NCBI GenBank assembly: GCA_043228905.1
Contig: JBHGNT010000005.1
Location: forward strand, 22,258,001 to 22,322,000
DNA length: 64,000 nucleotides
Reading direction: 5' to 3'
Source of the DNA: Azolla caroliniana
Taxonomy: Eukaryota; Plantae; Polypodiophyta
The notes under the pieces were generated by a model that worked only from the letters and a program-made list of their open reading frames with translations, was not told where the DNA came from and did no database searches. How positions within the stretch are numbered: the stretch's first letter is position 1; every line of letters starts with the position of its first letter. This document shows positions 41,170-54,375 of the stretch, in pieces. A program made the position numbers and the translations under genes.

Positions 41170-44100
41170 ATGGCACCATGCACCGCTCGAAAAGTGGAAG
41201 CTTTATCTCCAGTACCTGCTGACATCGACATTGCAAATTCTGTTGAACCTTTTCCAATTGATCTCATTGCATCGGAACTTGGCTTAGAGACACAGCATTA
41301 TGAATCCTATGGAAAGGCTAAGGCCAAGGTATGTACATATGATATTTTTCATCTGAGTAGACCCAAAATTATGATAATGTGAATGAGTATATTGTGATGG
41401 TATACTCTCATTATAGTTATCTAGTGGAGAAATTCCCACTTTATCTAATATGTTGTTACGTGATTATATAACATCTGATACGGGTCAAAATTATAAATGT
41501 GAATGAATATATAACACGATTTTATGTAATGGATTGAGGACATTGTTTCTAACGTATCTGATAAGTATGAAATGTCAAATTTCTGTCAAGGAGACAATTA
41601 ATAGTTCGAATACCATGGTTTATGTGATATTTCTAAACTTCTTCAATGCATTTTACATTACTTTACATTTTGGGAACTGGGAAATCCCAAAATGTTCTGC
41701 CATGAGATATACCATTTTATTTGGGTTGAATTAATGATGATGATGATGAGTATATGATGATACATCACATTTACAATAATGATAATGTGAATGAGCATAA
41801 GCTCATATCATCTGATTAGAGTCAAAATTATGAAAATAAGAGCGAGTATAAGAGGATATGCCAGCTGATTAAGGCCAAAGTGATGATAACGAGAATGACT
41901 ATATGATGATATAAGTCAGATCTGGCTGTTTGCTTAGAAATAGGCATCTTAGCTGGAGAATAAGTTATGAGCACTCTGGATTATAACAAGTCCCTTTTTC
42001 TGCTTTACCTTTGATTGCAGCTAGTGCATTATTACAGTTTAGAATGAAATGAACTCTGGGAAACATATGGATATAGCCCATGTAGTTAAAGTTTCAGGTC
42101 TCTGAGCTTCTTTCATGATTATAACATTCTTGGTGTCACATTGGACACTTTAGAGATGAGCATATAATATATCTACATAGGTTTTGGAAGAGGATGAAAG
42201 TTCACGAAATATTTATGTGCTTTGTAATGTGAATTTGAAAAGATATTTCCCAAATATATATATATATATATAAAATATTTGGTAACTCCAATCAAGAAGT
42301 GATGTTTACAACTGTTGCCACAATGTATATGAAAGTTGGTGAAGTAGAATTGTATTTATATGATTGAGAAAGTACATGAAATAGGTGATTGTTAGGAATA
42401 CTGGAAACTTCAAAATATCACTAAACTAAACCAAAATCTGGACCATCCAAATCAAACAGGGTGACTGCTTTGGTTCAAATTACCTCCCATCAGCTTTATC
42501 AAAATGCGGTGAGTTGGTAGATATTAATGAACTAGAGGCTGAACTGGGCAGTGTTTTGTATGGACGATCTGGAACTGATGTAACACCTCAGACCCTCGCT
42601 TAAGACTTTAGTAACCCTCCCCTTTTCCTTCTTCACTTTACCATGTTCATGCATACACAAACCCTCAAACGTGTCTCGTTTTTCTCCAAAGCTTTCTCAA
42701 TAAAATCTCTCAAAACAAATCTTGAATCGATTTATCACTCTGGTGGATAGATGCATGTGATCATTGATGGTCTATTATTAGGCTGTGTAGAGTCTAGTCT
42801 TGAGTTATGGCATCCCATCAACTCATGGCATCCCATCAACTCTGAATGAAGCCAGTGCATATGGATTGGATAATAGTTAATGGTAAAAGCTTATTGCTTT
42901 GGATTTCCAATACTACTAGTGGGAGAGCTTATATACGATGGGGATTTGTAAAAATATTTGTATGCACCATTGAATTAGTGGGCTATCATTAAAATAGAAA
43001 ATTAGGTTTAGGGAAATTCCCTATTAATTCAAGGACTAAATCTCTCCTGTTGCAGGTTCTTTTATCTGCTTATGATCAGTTCAAAGATTCACCTGATGGA
43101 TTTTATGTAGTTGTTGGGGGAATCACACCTACTCCACTCGGAGAGGGAAAGTCAACTACTACTGTGGGTCTTTGTCAAGCACTTGGGGCGTATTTGGGTA
43201 AAAAGGTAAGGTTCCATCTTATCATAAAATCATTTATTTCCTTTTAAGAAGTCTATGTCATCACAATGATATATACAAGTGTATATTTACACACATATCT
43301 GTGTCAAAGTGTCTTTTGAAATAATGTGTTTTTTTGTAAAGAAGTTATAATGAGGAACTTCCGATATGTAGGTGGTTACTTGTGTTAGGCAACCAAGCCA
43401 AGGACCTACTTTTGGCATTAAAGGTGGGGCAGCTGGAGGAGGATACAGTCAAGTCATACCCATGGACGAGTTCAATCTACATATGACAGGTGATATTCAT
43501 GCTATTACTGCTGCAAATAACCTGCTCGCAGCTGCCATAGATGCACGTATCTTCCATGAGTCCAGTCAATCCGATAAAGCCCTCTTGAATAGGCTTTGTC
43601 CAGTAGATAAAGAAGGAAATAGTTCATTTGCTCCAATCATGTTGAGGCGCCTTAAGAAGCTCGGCATTGAGAAGGCAAAGCCAAGTGAACTTACACCTGC
43701 CGAAATAAAGCAATTTGTACGGCTTGATATTGATCCTGAACAAATAACATGGAAGAGGGTGATGGATGTGAATGATAGATTCTTGAGGAAAATTACTGTT
43801 GGCCAAGGCCCCGAGGAGAAAGGAATGGTGAGAGAGACAGGGTTCGATATTGCGGTGGCAAGTGAAATCATGGCAGTGTTAGCATTGACAACATCACTCG
43901 CAGATATGAGAGAGAGATTGGGCAAAATGGTGGTTGGGACAAGCAGAGGAGGTGACCCTGTAACTGCCGATGATCTTGGCATTGGAGGTGCTTTAACTGT
44001 ATTAATGAAAGATGCTATAAATCCAACATTGATGCAGACCTTGGAGGGAACGCCAGTACTAGTTCATGCTGGACCCTTTGCCAATATTGCACATGGAAAT

Positions 44101-45729
44101 TCTTCTATTGTGGCTGATAAGATTGCTTTAAAGCTAGTGGGCCAGGATGGTTTTGTAGTCACTGAGGCTGGATTTGGGGCTGATATCGGTGCTGAAAAGT
44201 TCATGAATATCAAGTGTAGGTACAGTGGTTTGACCCCTCAATGTGCGGTTATTGTGGCTACTGTGAGAGCCTTAAAGATGCATGGAGGAGGACCTGAAGT
44301 GGTTGCCGGAAGGCCTCTCCATCATGCTTACAAATCGGAGAATGTAGACCTAGTGAAGGCAGGATGCTCGAATTTGGCAAAACACATTGAGAATACTAAG
44401 GCATATGGCGTGCATGTGGTAGTGGCAATCAACAAGTTTGCGACTGATACCGATGCAGAGCTTTTGGCTGTTAAAGAATCTGCATTGGCTGCTGGTGCTT
44501 TTGATGCTGTCGTATGTAGCCACCATGCACATGGTGGAGCTGGTGCAGTGAGTATTCTTCAATTTTGCTTTTGAGTCATCAATAAGTAGTATGGACATAC
44601 GAGTAGCTATATTACCAGGATTTTATTAGGCTAGAGTAAGCCCATTAGCTTTTTGAATAGTTATATTCTGGAGGCAGATTGAGGTTTTGTGAATACATAA
44701 AAAGCTACCTACCCTTGTGTACCTTCATCTGTAGACTCCGATCTATGCTGGCTGTGTAGAAGAAAGGCATGCTGCATAAAGGTAGCTAGCCCCTTATGCA
44801 TTCACAAACTCTAGGTCTATGTCCAAACTTCAAAGTCCATGAAAGGCCAAAGGCCATCAAGTAGGTAATGATTCTTCGCTAGGCTTAAATTCTAGTTTTC
44901 TATGCAAATAACATTAAGTCTAATGATGCATTTTGTTACTCTTCTCCATGCTTTTGATTTCTTAGGTGGATCTCGGAAAAGCTGTGCAAAAAGCATGTGA
45001 GCAACACCATGGCCCCCTTCAGTTCCTGTATCCTCTTGATCTAGGCATCAAGGAAAAAATCGAAGCCATTGCTAAGTCATATGGTGCAGATGGTGTGGAG
45101 TTCTCGGAACAGGTAAAACAAAGTCTAACCTGAAGCTATAATATATTTTCTAATACCAAAAGTATTATATGAGCATTCACATAACCCTTTGGAGTCAAAC
45201 ATCACAGAGATTGACCCACCAGTAAATGGACAGCCATGTGGCCAGATATAGTCTGGATACTTATGTTTTGTATATGAAGGGCTGTGGCTACCCTTACATG
45301 ATCCTCTTCTTTCTTTTTATATTCACCCCTACCATAAATTGTCCTGGTAAAGCTTTCTACTTGTGAAGATTGAATCACAATCATGGTCGAGGTATAAACA
45401 CAAAGCCTATTAATCCAGACAAAAAATGACATGTTCTGATCTGTTGTTTGCAGGCTGAAAAACAGATTGAGACATATACTAGGCAAGGCTTCTCAGGGCT
45501 TCCAATTTGCATGGCAAAGACCCAATACTCATTTTCACATGATGCGGCCCGAAAGGGCGCGCCAACAGGTTTCATCTTACCAATTCGGGATGTCAGAGCA
45601 AGCATCGGTGCGGGATTTATTTATCCTTTAGTTGGAACGATGAGCACCATGCCTGGCTTACCCACACGTCCATGCTTTTATGACATCGATCTCGACCTAG
45701 AAACCGGGCGTGTGTTGGGACTCTCGTAA
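41170..45729 (+). CDS. THFS: Formate--tetrahydrofolate ligase (10-formyl-THF synthetase), about 635 aa, 5 coding exons
   Basis: Exons 41170-41328, 43056-43205, 43372-44547, 44966-45112, 45454-45729, all GT-AG and phase 0. Motifs [57 protein letters not shown]. Probable 5' UTR intron donor at 40598. Confidence 0.97.
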
Positions 45730-47399
45730 TTATATCCCAACTACTGTGGAGCTTAGGGTTTCAAGCATGAAATCGCAACATCCCTATGGATTGTTTACCT
45801 CATAATATTTGTGAAATTCAGTTCATAACTCTGCTTCTTAATAAGCCTCTTTGGTCGCCCTCCTTCTATATATATTTAGAAGGCTGGAATGAGGGAAATG
45901 ATGTCTTGTATCAATGAGAAGGGATTTCATGATTTGCCTTCTTGTCTCTAATATTATATATTGATATTTTTTTAGCCAAGGTGACTGCATGTGCATGCCA
46001 TGAACGATGGCCAAAAAGATATTGTTTGTTCTGACATGTCACATACCCAATACACTTAGTCTTGATAAAAATGACAAATGCAAATTGCATGTTTGGCTAC
46101 ACCATTGGAGTGGGTTAGTAGTTGAACACAATTACAATTGGTGGTACAAACTTTTTCTAGGTTGATTTGCATGGTCCATCTTTGTCAGCACAACAGTCCT
46201 AACCATGAGCTGTATTGTAAAATGTAAGGAAGAAACATCTTCTTGTTCTATTGTTTTAAGAAAAAGAATCATCAACTAGGGTATGCACTACTGACATCCC
46301 CTTTAGGCACCCTTTAAATCAACCAGTCTTAGAATTCCTAGAATGTTTGTAGTAGATATGGGATATGTATTCCTACTAGATCATTTGTGATCAGTTTTGG
46401 AACCTCTTTTCCCAACATTATGTTATCATGGGGTAATTATTGACTGCAGGCAGGCAGAGTCGTGGACTGGATGCCCAGAAAAATGAGGAGAATGCATCTA
46501 TCAAAAGGCAAATGAGGAGGTGCCTCCAGGACCTCATGAACCTATATAAGACCCTTGTATGAGTCCACTGCTATCGAAGTATCCTTCAGTGTGATGAGAC
46601 TCCTAGCCAGTTAGAGCACGCAATTGCTGAAGTGCCCCCTGCCAATGATCAGAACAATACAAGCCGGAGGAAGACAGACGGAGCAGATTACTCACATCAC
46701 TGCTGCTGGGGACAGGGAACAAATTTGCATCTCATAGTAAATGTTTGGATCCATAACCATCCTATCATTAAACCAAGAATCCTAGAAAGTGTTATCCTGG
46801 AAAATTTTGTGAGAGGACTATTTTGAGGGCTGATTTAGTCTGCTGATTTAGACTAGTGGAACATCAGGTTTAGAAATTGGCATGTGTTTGGCATGGTCAA
46901 AATCACCTTGAAGATGTGTGATTCATGCTTGTCTATGAACTAAGAAAAGAGAAACATATGTCAACACAAATCGATATAGATAGGATGAGCGGGCAAACAT
47001 AGTTTGTGAAGGTATCGACGATGCCAGAAGTGGGGACTAGAAAACTTAAAAAGGTTGGAACTTTGGTCTGTCTGAAAAACTAATTTTCAAGGACCCGAAA
47101 GGTGACTGTTTATTGATCTTGTGGGTAGTATCAACAAAGTCGCAATTCAAAAAGTTCTTTTAGAGGATTTGTGTTATGCTTTTGATTTATGATAACAATG
47201 TCCAAGTTATCGTGACTATGATAACCCTAAACCATCTCTTTCTCTCACACAAAAATGCCTTTAGGGGGGCCTTACGTGATTGTCTCAAATGAAATAGAGA
47301 CGTGACCATTGGAATATTTTGCAAATTAATTCCATGAAAAAAATTCAAAATATTAAAATATTTTTTAAAAAAGATTGCAAGACGTGAACAAGGTAGGGG

Positions 47400-47877
47400 C
47401 CCATTAATTCAGCTAATGATGGACTTTTCCTCACCAATTATGATTATAATTAACGGTTAGAATTTCCTTACTAATTATGATTAATGATGAATTTCATGTT
47501 CACTAATTATGATTAATGACAGATTAATTAATAATGGCTCTTTTTGTTGCACTGATCATGGTTAATGATGGGTCTTTCTTCTCTAATTATGATTGGTGTT
47601 GGGTTTCATTTTCACTAATTACAATTTTATAGTGGGTGCTTTTTAACACTAATAACAGTTATGGGTCTTTTACTGTTTACATCACTAATGTCTTTTTGCA
47701 TTACTAATTATAATTAATAATCAGTTGTTTTGTTTTCACTGATTACAATTAATGGACTAACTACAAATAATGATGGGTCCTTTTGCACAAAGTTCACTAA
47801 TGACGAGTATCATTTTTCACTAATTACAATTAATAATAGATCTTTTTTCATTTTCACTAATTACAGTTTCTTCAGTG
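47400..47877. repeat. Degenerate array of about 40-bp AT-rich repeats (CACTAATTA core), possibly a transposon subterminus ending in CAGTG
   Basis: Repeated ttcactaatta(t/c)..ttaat motif. Reverse complement of the end reads CACTGAAGAAAC. Partner end not found. Confidence 0.5.
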
Positions 47878-48164
47878 GATTATCTGATATGAAAATCAAG
47901 TCAAAGAGAAATGATTACAATCAATTAATGAAGTGGGAAAAAAACATTCCATGTTTTGACGTTAAGAAGATTAAGCCCCAGTTAAGAAGGAATGAATATA
48001 AATGTGAAGAATATCAATGATAGTGACTGATTCTTTTCTTGACTGTGTGTGTGTGTGTGTGTGTGTGTGTACACACAGAATAATGTTTGATTCCTCAGAA
48101 ATTCTCATGATCCAGGCTTAAAATTGTACAACATGATCATACATTCAACCCTAGGCTTAACATA

Positions 48165-48790
48165 TGGAGAAGTTCAATGCACATGAAAGTAATGGATGTT
48201 TGAAACATCTCTTCATGCCAACATAATGATCATGACAGCAGCGACAATTCACGGTACATTAACCAATGCTGAAGTTGAAGGCTGGATCTCTGTCCATGCC
48301 ACCTATGGTGGTGGCGATGCGGCTGGCACCCGATGCCTGGAGCTATGATAATCTTTATTCCTCAGGATATGGAACTTTACATAGCCACCCTCAGCACTGG
48401 TCTCTTCCTGCCAGACTCCTGCAGTGCCTACTTTGAGATTAAGTGTGATGCTGCCATCAACCACACATGGTGCATGTCAAAAGATCGCACTGCCTCTGTT
48501 ATTGTTGCCACCGCCATCTTCTGCCCCCAAACCTTCCCAATTGAGTGGTGGTGCAACACAACACATCAGCACTTCGACATGGCACAACCAGCATGCAAGA
48601 AGATCAGGGTGTACAAGGGTGACATTGTATCAGTCCTGTACCGTCACATGGCATGCACAGAGCAATGACCTGCTTGTGGGGCAGAGCTTGTCATTGTGCA
48701 TCAATTCTAGCAACAGATATTCCACTGCTTATGACACCATGCCATCAGCTTGGGTTTGAGGCCCGACTTTCTCTACCACCCTCCAATTCT
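48165..48790 (+). pseudogene. Alpha-expansin (EXPA) pseudogene, intronless, with internal deletion
   Basis: GWISVHATYGGGDAAGT, NLYSSGYG, LSTGLF, SCSAYFEIKC, FCP, WCN...HFDMAQP, IVSVLYR..C, then QSNDLLVGQSLS..P.AW.*G.TF. Has frameshifts and stops. Confidence 0.88.
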
Positions 48791-49514
48791 ACGGATTATA
48801 TAATATACTTACATCAGACATAAATGACTCATGGCTTTATCTCTATATACTTGATCTTCCTTGAGATATGTTTCCTGATGCAAATTATCAGGTTAATGAT
48901 ATCCATAATACCATGACTAGTTAGGCACTGTTTTGGTAAAAATGTCAATTAATTGCAATTTCTTCTTCTGATTTGTATATAATTTCTTTTCTTCAAGAAA
49001 ACATACTCTCACACAATTTTTATAAGAGTAATACTTATTCATGATATAGTATACCACCCACTAACATGGGTTAATTTACTTATGCTTGGAAGTATCACAA
49101 ATCAATTGAAATTACAAACTTACTCTACTTTCAAGCATTTTCCTCTGCTTTCAAGTATCTCAAACCAGCAAGTAATCTGATGTAATGGCTATTTGATGCT
49201 CATGAATAAACTCAACCAATCAAAATACCTAATAATACATACCCAAACCCCATGTACAAAGTGGTTCTATGAGTATAACTATAGTTTCAAGAAAATCTGG
49301 TTTTATGTAGAGAAATGTATTGAAATGTAACGTAACTGGTTTGGATCCAGGAAAAGACTAATGTTTGGCCACATGCGAGGTTCCATGAGCCTAAGTAGGT
49401 CAAGAGTTCAAGTCTACCTGTGTTTTAGGTTCAGGCAAATGGAAATCAATCTCCCCATTCATTCAACAAAAAAAATCGTGAGCATGTACAATGTGAACAA
49501 ATAACATTGAATCT

Positions 49515-52188
49515 TTAGGACAAAAAGCAATCAATATTTCTATGTACCACTCTTTGGCTAGCAGAGGAGAAGTTCAAATATTCAAGTATCCTTGAATATA
49601 AAATATTGACCCAAGTGTCCGGAAGACCTGGTAGACACCAATGCAAGCAATCTTGGCCCCATATGATATGTGCATCTTTTTGTCCGAGCCACATGGCTGG
49701 ATGTGCGTCTCGCCGGAACTCACTCATATGAGAAATATTGAGCACATCAAAGTGCGAGCCTTCCAAGGCCAATGCTATGATGGCATTCACTTCTCTGGCT
49801 TCTTTATTCACATTTTTCTTGCTAAGACCAAACCATCCCTCAAGCTGCAACAATTGAACAAGGAAAAAACTTTATAACATAAAAAACCCACACTATACTT
49901 GAGATTAATAAAACTTTCCAGTATATAAGATCAAAACATCTCACTGTGTAAGATCAAAGTTTCATACTATATAAAATCAATTTTGTATAAGATCAAAACT
50001 CCATATAAAATCAATTTTATATAAGATCAAAACTCCATGCAATGTAAAAGCAAAACTTTACCTGCTTTTCACTCAAAAGTGTATTGGACAAACAGCTTCC
50101 ATTCTGGTTCCATTCACCACCTTCAAAATGCCTTGGGGACTGCATCCTCCATAACTTCAGAGATTCTCGAGGAACCATCCTCTCAGTGTATGATACCATG
50201 TTTTCTAAAACAGCTGCCAAACCCTCCTTCATATCTAGTGGGGGGATGATGGGTTCCCCATGTTTAAAAAAAAGAAGGGGATTATCCGCAGGAAATTTGT
50301 CAGAACCCCACCTGCATGGCTTATACAATAGAACTCAATATCAAAATAATGAAGCTAAATGACAAGGAGTGTTCAAAAGCACACCTCTGTTCACTCAGAA
50401 TCTTAATCCCATTGGGATGTGTTATGAGACAAATTAGTGTATAAAATTGATAAATAGTAATTGCAAGAATACCAGTGTCCAGTGTTGAAGATAAGAATGT
50501 TGTAGAACTTGGTAACATTGATCCAATCAGCAGCAGGCACATCAATGTTCACCTGATTTCCTCTTTTGAATCCAAGTTTCTCTAGCGGTCCATTGGGATC
50601 AGTTTCCGTCCATCTTTGTCACACACAAACTAAATAAGTGAGGATAATAATGAATAAACTTTTTTAGAAATACAAGATTTCATAGTGACCATCAATCTCA
50701 TTGATGTTGCTTGATCATAGGGTCATTCTCTTCCTTTGTGGGTAGTGGAAGGCAAGCATATACATTCCCAGAATTACATTTTGAGGAGCTTCAGGAGGAA
50801 TAAATTGACATGCCAATGAGCCTATCTCTGGCCTTAATAATGATTTAGATAAAGTCATCCACATGCTAAAGGGGTTCTGCCTAGAATAATTATTAATTTA
50901 TGGTCTTTAACAAACATTCACATGCCAATGGATCTATCTGTAGTCTTATTATTTCTTTACTATTGACTCCAAATCAATGTCATGGTTCAGACAAACCCAT
51001 GCACATTACTGGGCCTATCTCTAGCCTCATTGCTAGCTTCTTACCACAATTATGGTTCCGACTCCCAATCAAACCATCCACATGCTAAAATGCCTACCTC
51101 TGGCCTTACTATTAACTACTAATCAAGGTTATGTGTGCATGCACATGCCAATCTGATACATTTCAGCAGAATATAACACTAGATGATTGATAACGCATCA
51201 CTATTAATGACTACTAATCAAGGTTATTTGTGTGCCTACATACCAGTCTGATACAGTTCATAAGACTCAACATTAAATGGTTAACATGGCCTCACTGCTA
51301 TTAACTCCAAATCAAAAGATATGGTCTGGCAGAGACACCCACATGCGGAGGGGTCTATTGCTACCCTTATTGCTACTCCAAATGAAGGTTATAGTCTGGA
51401 AATACCATGCACATGTTAATGGACCTATCTCTAGCCTTACCAAATTCATTCTTGAACAAGAGTGTCTGTACACATTGCCTTATGACTGTATAGTTTAATA
51501 AAACTTAACACTAGATGATTGATACAGAATCACTATTGTTAATTCCAAACCACAGCCATAGTCCAGAAAAATACTAGATTATTGATATTAGCATCACTTA
51601 CTTGTGATAATCGGCAAGAAGGACAGCTCGATGATAGGCAACAGTAACATTATACTTGGGGAAGTAACCTCCTCGCCAAGCTTTTCTCTTCTTCCATCGT
51701 CGGCCACCAGGATCTGCTGTCCATAGTATACAGAGCATTGAAACCAGCATATTCTCATTGAGAGAATCTCCGATAAAAGCTACATTCATGTTAGAAATGG
51801 CCGATAAAAACGCCTCTGGGTTTAACTCGGGCAATGTACATTTTCCGGGGCTCCATCTCCACTTGTTCATTTCATCCAAAAGGGGTCTTTTGTTCTTTCC
51901 ACAGTTCCAAGCGTTTCTATGGAAAGGACAATCCTGTGTGTATAATGGAAGAACCCTAGAATTATCAAAGACCCATTTACCTTCAGACATGTCACAGGTT
52001 GGGATCGATCTTGGGTCAATTTCCGATCTGTCTGGACAGGTTGTATTGATCGCTTTGCTATTGTTGTTCTTCTTAGGGATTGAAACTTGAAGAGGGTCTT
52101 GCAAGACTATGAAAGAAAGGTAAGAGAAGAAGCCCATGACTAGAAATGCGAGTATTGTGAGATTCAGAAGAGCAGAGGCGCGAGACAT
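49515..52188 (-). CDS. Trichome birefringence-like (PMR5N + PC-esterase) O-acetyltransferase, TBL12-like, about 435 aa, 4 exons
   Basis: Exons 52188-51602, 50613-50473, 50311-50062, 49844-49515 with consistent phases. N-terminal TM anchor, CD..EG.W, GDSLNEN, NTGHWW, SPRHFEGGEW, R.DAHP, DCLHWCLPG. Confidence 0.93.
50805..51445. repeat. Degenerate minisatellite in TBL intron 1
   Basis: Recurring cacatg..aatgg.cctatctct.gcctta core at about 50809, 50860, 50920, 51001, 51078, 51141, 51340 and 51409. Confidence 0.7.
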
Positions 52189-52323
52189 CGCTCAGATCAG
52201 AGAGATAGCTGCTGCCTCACCCTCTCAAGACTCAGACAGAGACACACACTGCACATTCACACGCCCAAAGTAACACAAAGAGCCTTCTAAGTGTTAGCTC
52301 AGTTTGAGCTCATTCACGCTAAC

Positions 52324-52423
52324 CATGGTTAGCTATAATATTCTTGACCCCATTTTCTATTCTCGTATATTGAGAATATCACGAATGCGAATATAACGAA
52401 TATGACGCATGTGTCAATCCATG
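52324..52423. mobile_element. About 100-bp MITE-like or hAT-end fragment upstream of the TBL gene
   Basis: CATGG...CCATG termini, CGAAT repeats, and similarity to 283-371. No clean TSD. Confidence 0.45.
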
Positions 52424-53134
52424 GTTACAACTAACTATATGTATAAGTTATAACTTTGGCTATCACACTCTTAGTCTTAGACCCAAAGTCATCTTGGAAA
52501 TCTCATGTTGTGCTTAAACCTAATCACACCTCAATTTTCCAAGCTCACTCACTTGTGACTATTGAAATGCCCAACCCTAACCCTTGTTCGCTTGTAGTTT
52601 AAGGATCTAGTGCTTCTAATTAATAATTAACATTGAATGTAATGAGAAGGAAGGTCATCGATGTTAGGACTCTTTTGAACTCTGTCTAATTACCCTCCAA
52701 GTTTGGATGCATGAGGTTTTCTCCTAGGTCCTATACCATGGGACCGAAGCAACATGCTCAAACTTTGTTGTTCCCGTTAGTCACATCCTTATTATGAGAG
52801 GACCTTGCAAGAACAGTGAAACAAGAAGGTCCACATTTAATTCATTGGCCTCATTATACCAATTACCCCTACGCTATTGTCTGAACTATAACATACGTAA
52901 ACACATTATCATCAGTCGAGCAAGTTATTTAGCAAGTTGCAACCATGGGACATTTGGCATTTGTTAATAGTTATCATGCATTGCAAAGACAAGCAAGTTC
53001 CAAGGATGAAATACTCAATCAGCCAAAGAGCAAATGGATGGTGATTTACTCTGATGACGTTTGTGACACTCATGGAACACATCAATTATAGTTTTGGGTT
53101 TCGCATTTAGGATTCAAGGTTGATTCAAGGTTGC

Positions 53135-53602
53135 CCAGATGGATGTAGCTCAGTTGGTAAGGTTGTCCAACGGAGACCAGGTGGTCATGGGTTCAACCCC
53201 TACATTCCACAGTGGCATCTAGTGAAATAGAGATATATATGAAGTGTATAATAGAGAGGTGAGAAAATTGGGTTTTGAACCCAAGACACAGTGCTTGTAG
53301 TGTTATCGACTTACCACTAGGGTAAGCTAATTACGAGAGAGAGAGATCGAAAACTCGTGAATTCCACGAGTAGTGTATTAGATTAATCAATATTTAGAAA
53401 CCTAATAATTCCCCAAGAATTCAACACCCCCCCAATGGAGACCAGGTGGTCATGGGTTCAACCCCTACATTCCACAGTGGCATCTAGTGAAATAGAGATA
53501 TATATGAAGTGTATAATAGAGAGGTGAGAAAATTGGGTTTTGAACCCAAGACACAGTGCTTGTAGTGTTATCGACTTACCACTAGGGTAAGCTAATTACG
53601 AG

Positions 53603-53639
<37 letters not shown>

Positions 53640-54375
53640 GAAAACTCGTGAATTCCACGAGTAGTGTATTAAATTAATCAATATTTAGAAACCTAATAAT
53701 TCCCCAAGAATTCAACACCCCCCCAATGGAGACCAGGTGGTCATGGGTTCAACCCCTACATTCCACAGTGGCATCTAGTGAAATAGAGATATATATGAAG
53801 TGTATAATAGAGAGGTGAGAAAATTGGGTTTTGAACCCAAGACACAGTGCTTGTAGTGTTATCGACTTACCACTAGGGTAAGCTAATTACGAGAAAAAGA
53901 GAGAGAGAGAGAGAGAGAGAGATCGAAAACTCGTGAATTCCACGAGTAGTGTATTAGATTAATCAATATTTAGAAACCTAATAATTCCCCAAGAATTCAA
54001 CAACCCCCCCCCCCCCATTTACATTTTGCTCCCACCCTTATATAGTGATGGGTGAGGCTAATTATAGCTCGCCACATGGCAAGCATCATGCTTTCTCTAA
54101 CGATAGTATTCATGCACACTAGTTGTGCATGAGTAAGTTTCCTAGAATATATATGTGAGGATAAGCTCTTGTATATATTAAAATCTATAATTACATCACT
54201 CATGATAAGTTAGTAAAACGGCAAGGTTTGGACTTGTTAACAGGGAGTTATAGGGTTTGAACCTTGCCTTGTGCATGTAACATATTTTCTTTTATCATTT
54301 TCTTCGATTTCTTCATACCTATTCATTTAGGTACTCCGTACATTTTTCACGATGTGTAAGAAGTACGCTATGACA
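53135..54375 (-). mobile_element. 3' LTR of the Gypsy element, with internal triplication and tRNA-like cassettes
   Basis: Minus strand PPT GGAGGGGGCGAG followed by TGTCATAG at 54375. TATA (TATATAA) at 54038-54044 followed by TGTAA and poly-G. Left end uncertain. Confidence 0.6.
53167..54016. repeat. Three tandem copies of a 265-291 bp unit
   Basis: Unit starts at 53167, 53432 and 53723. Lengths differ mainly through the internal (AG)n. Confidence 0.95.

Noticed and set aside
43566-43982. Antisense ORFs over THFS (likewise 13949-14587, 51758-52090, 61120-62121)
   Set aside because: Shadow frames of real coding sequence, with no motifs.
50805-51445. Repeat-spacer (CRISPR-like) pattern
   Set aside because: Repeats are degenerate, spacing is irregular and the spacers resemble each other; it is an intronic minisatellite.
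53137-53210. Functional tRNA gene
   Set aside because: A and B boxes are good, but D, anticodon and acceptor stems do not form a canonical cloverleaf.
54001-54016. Poly-C tract as a polypurine tract preceding another LTR
   Set aside because: It lies just downstream of a TATA..TGTAA motif like the G-runs in the other LTR-like sequences; the better PPT is at 54376-54387.
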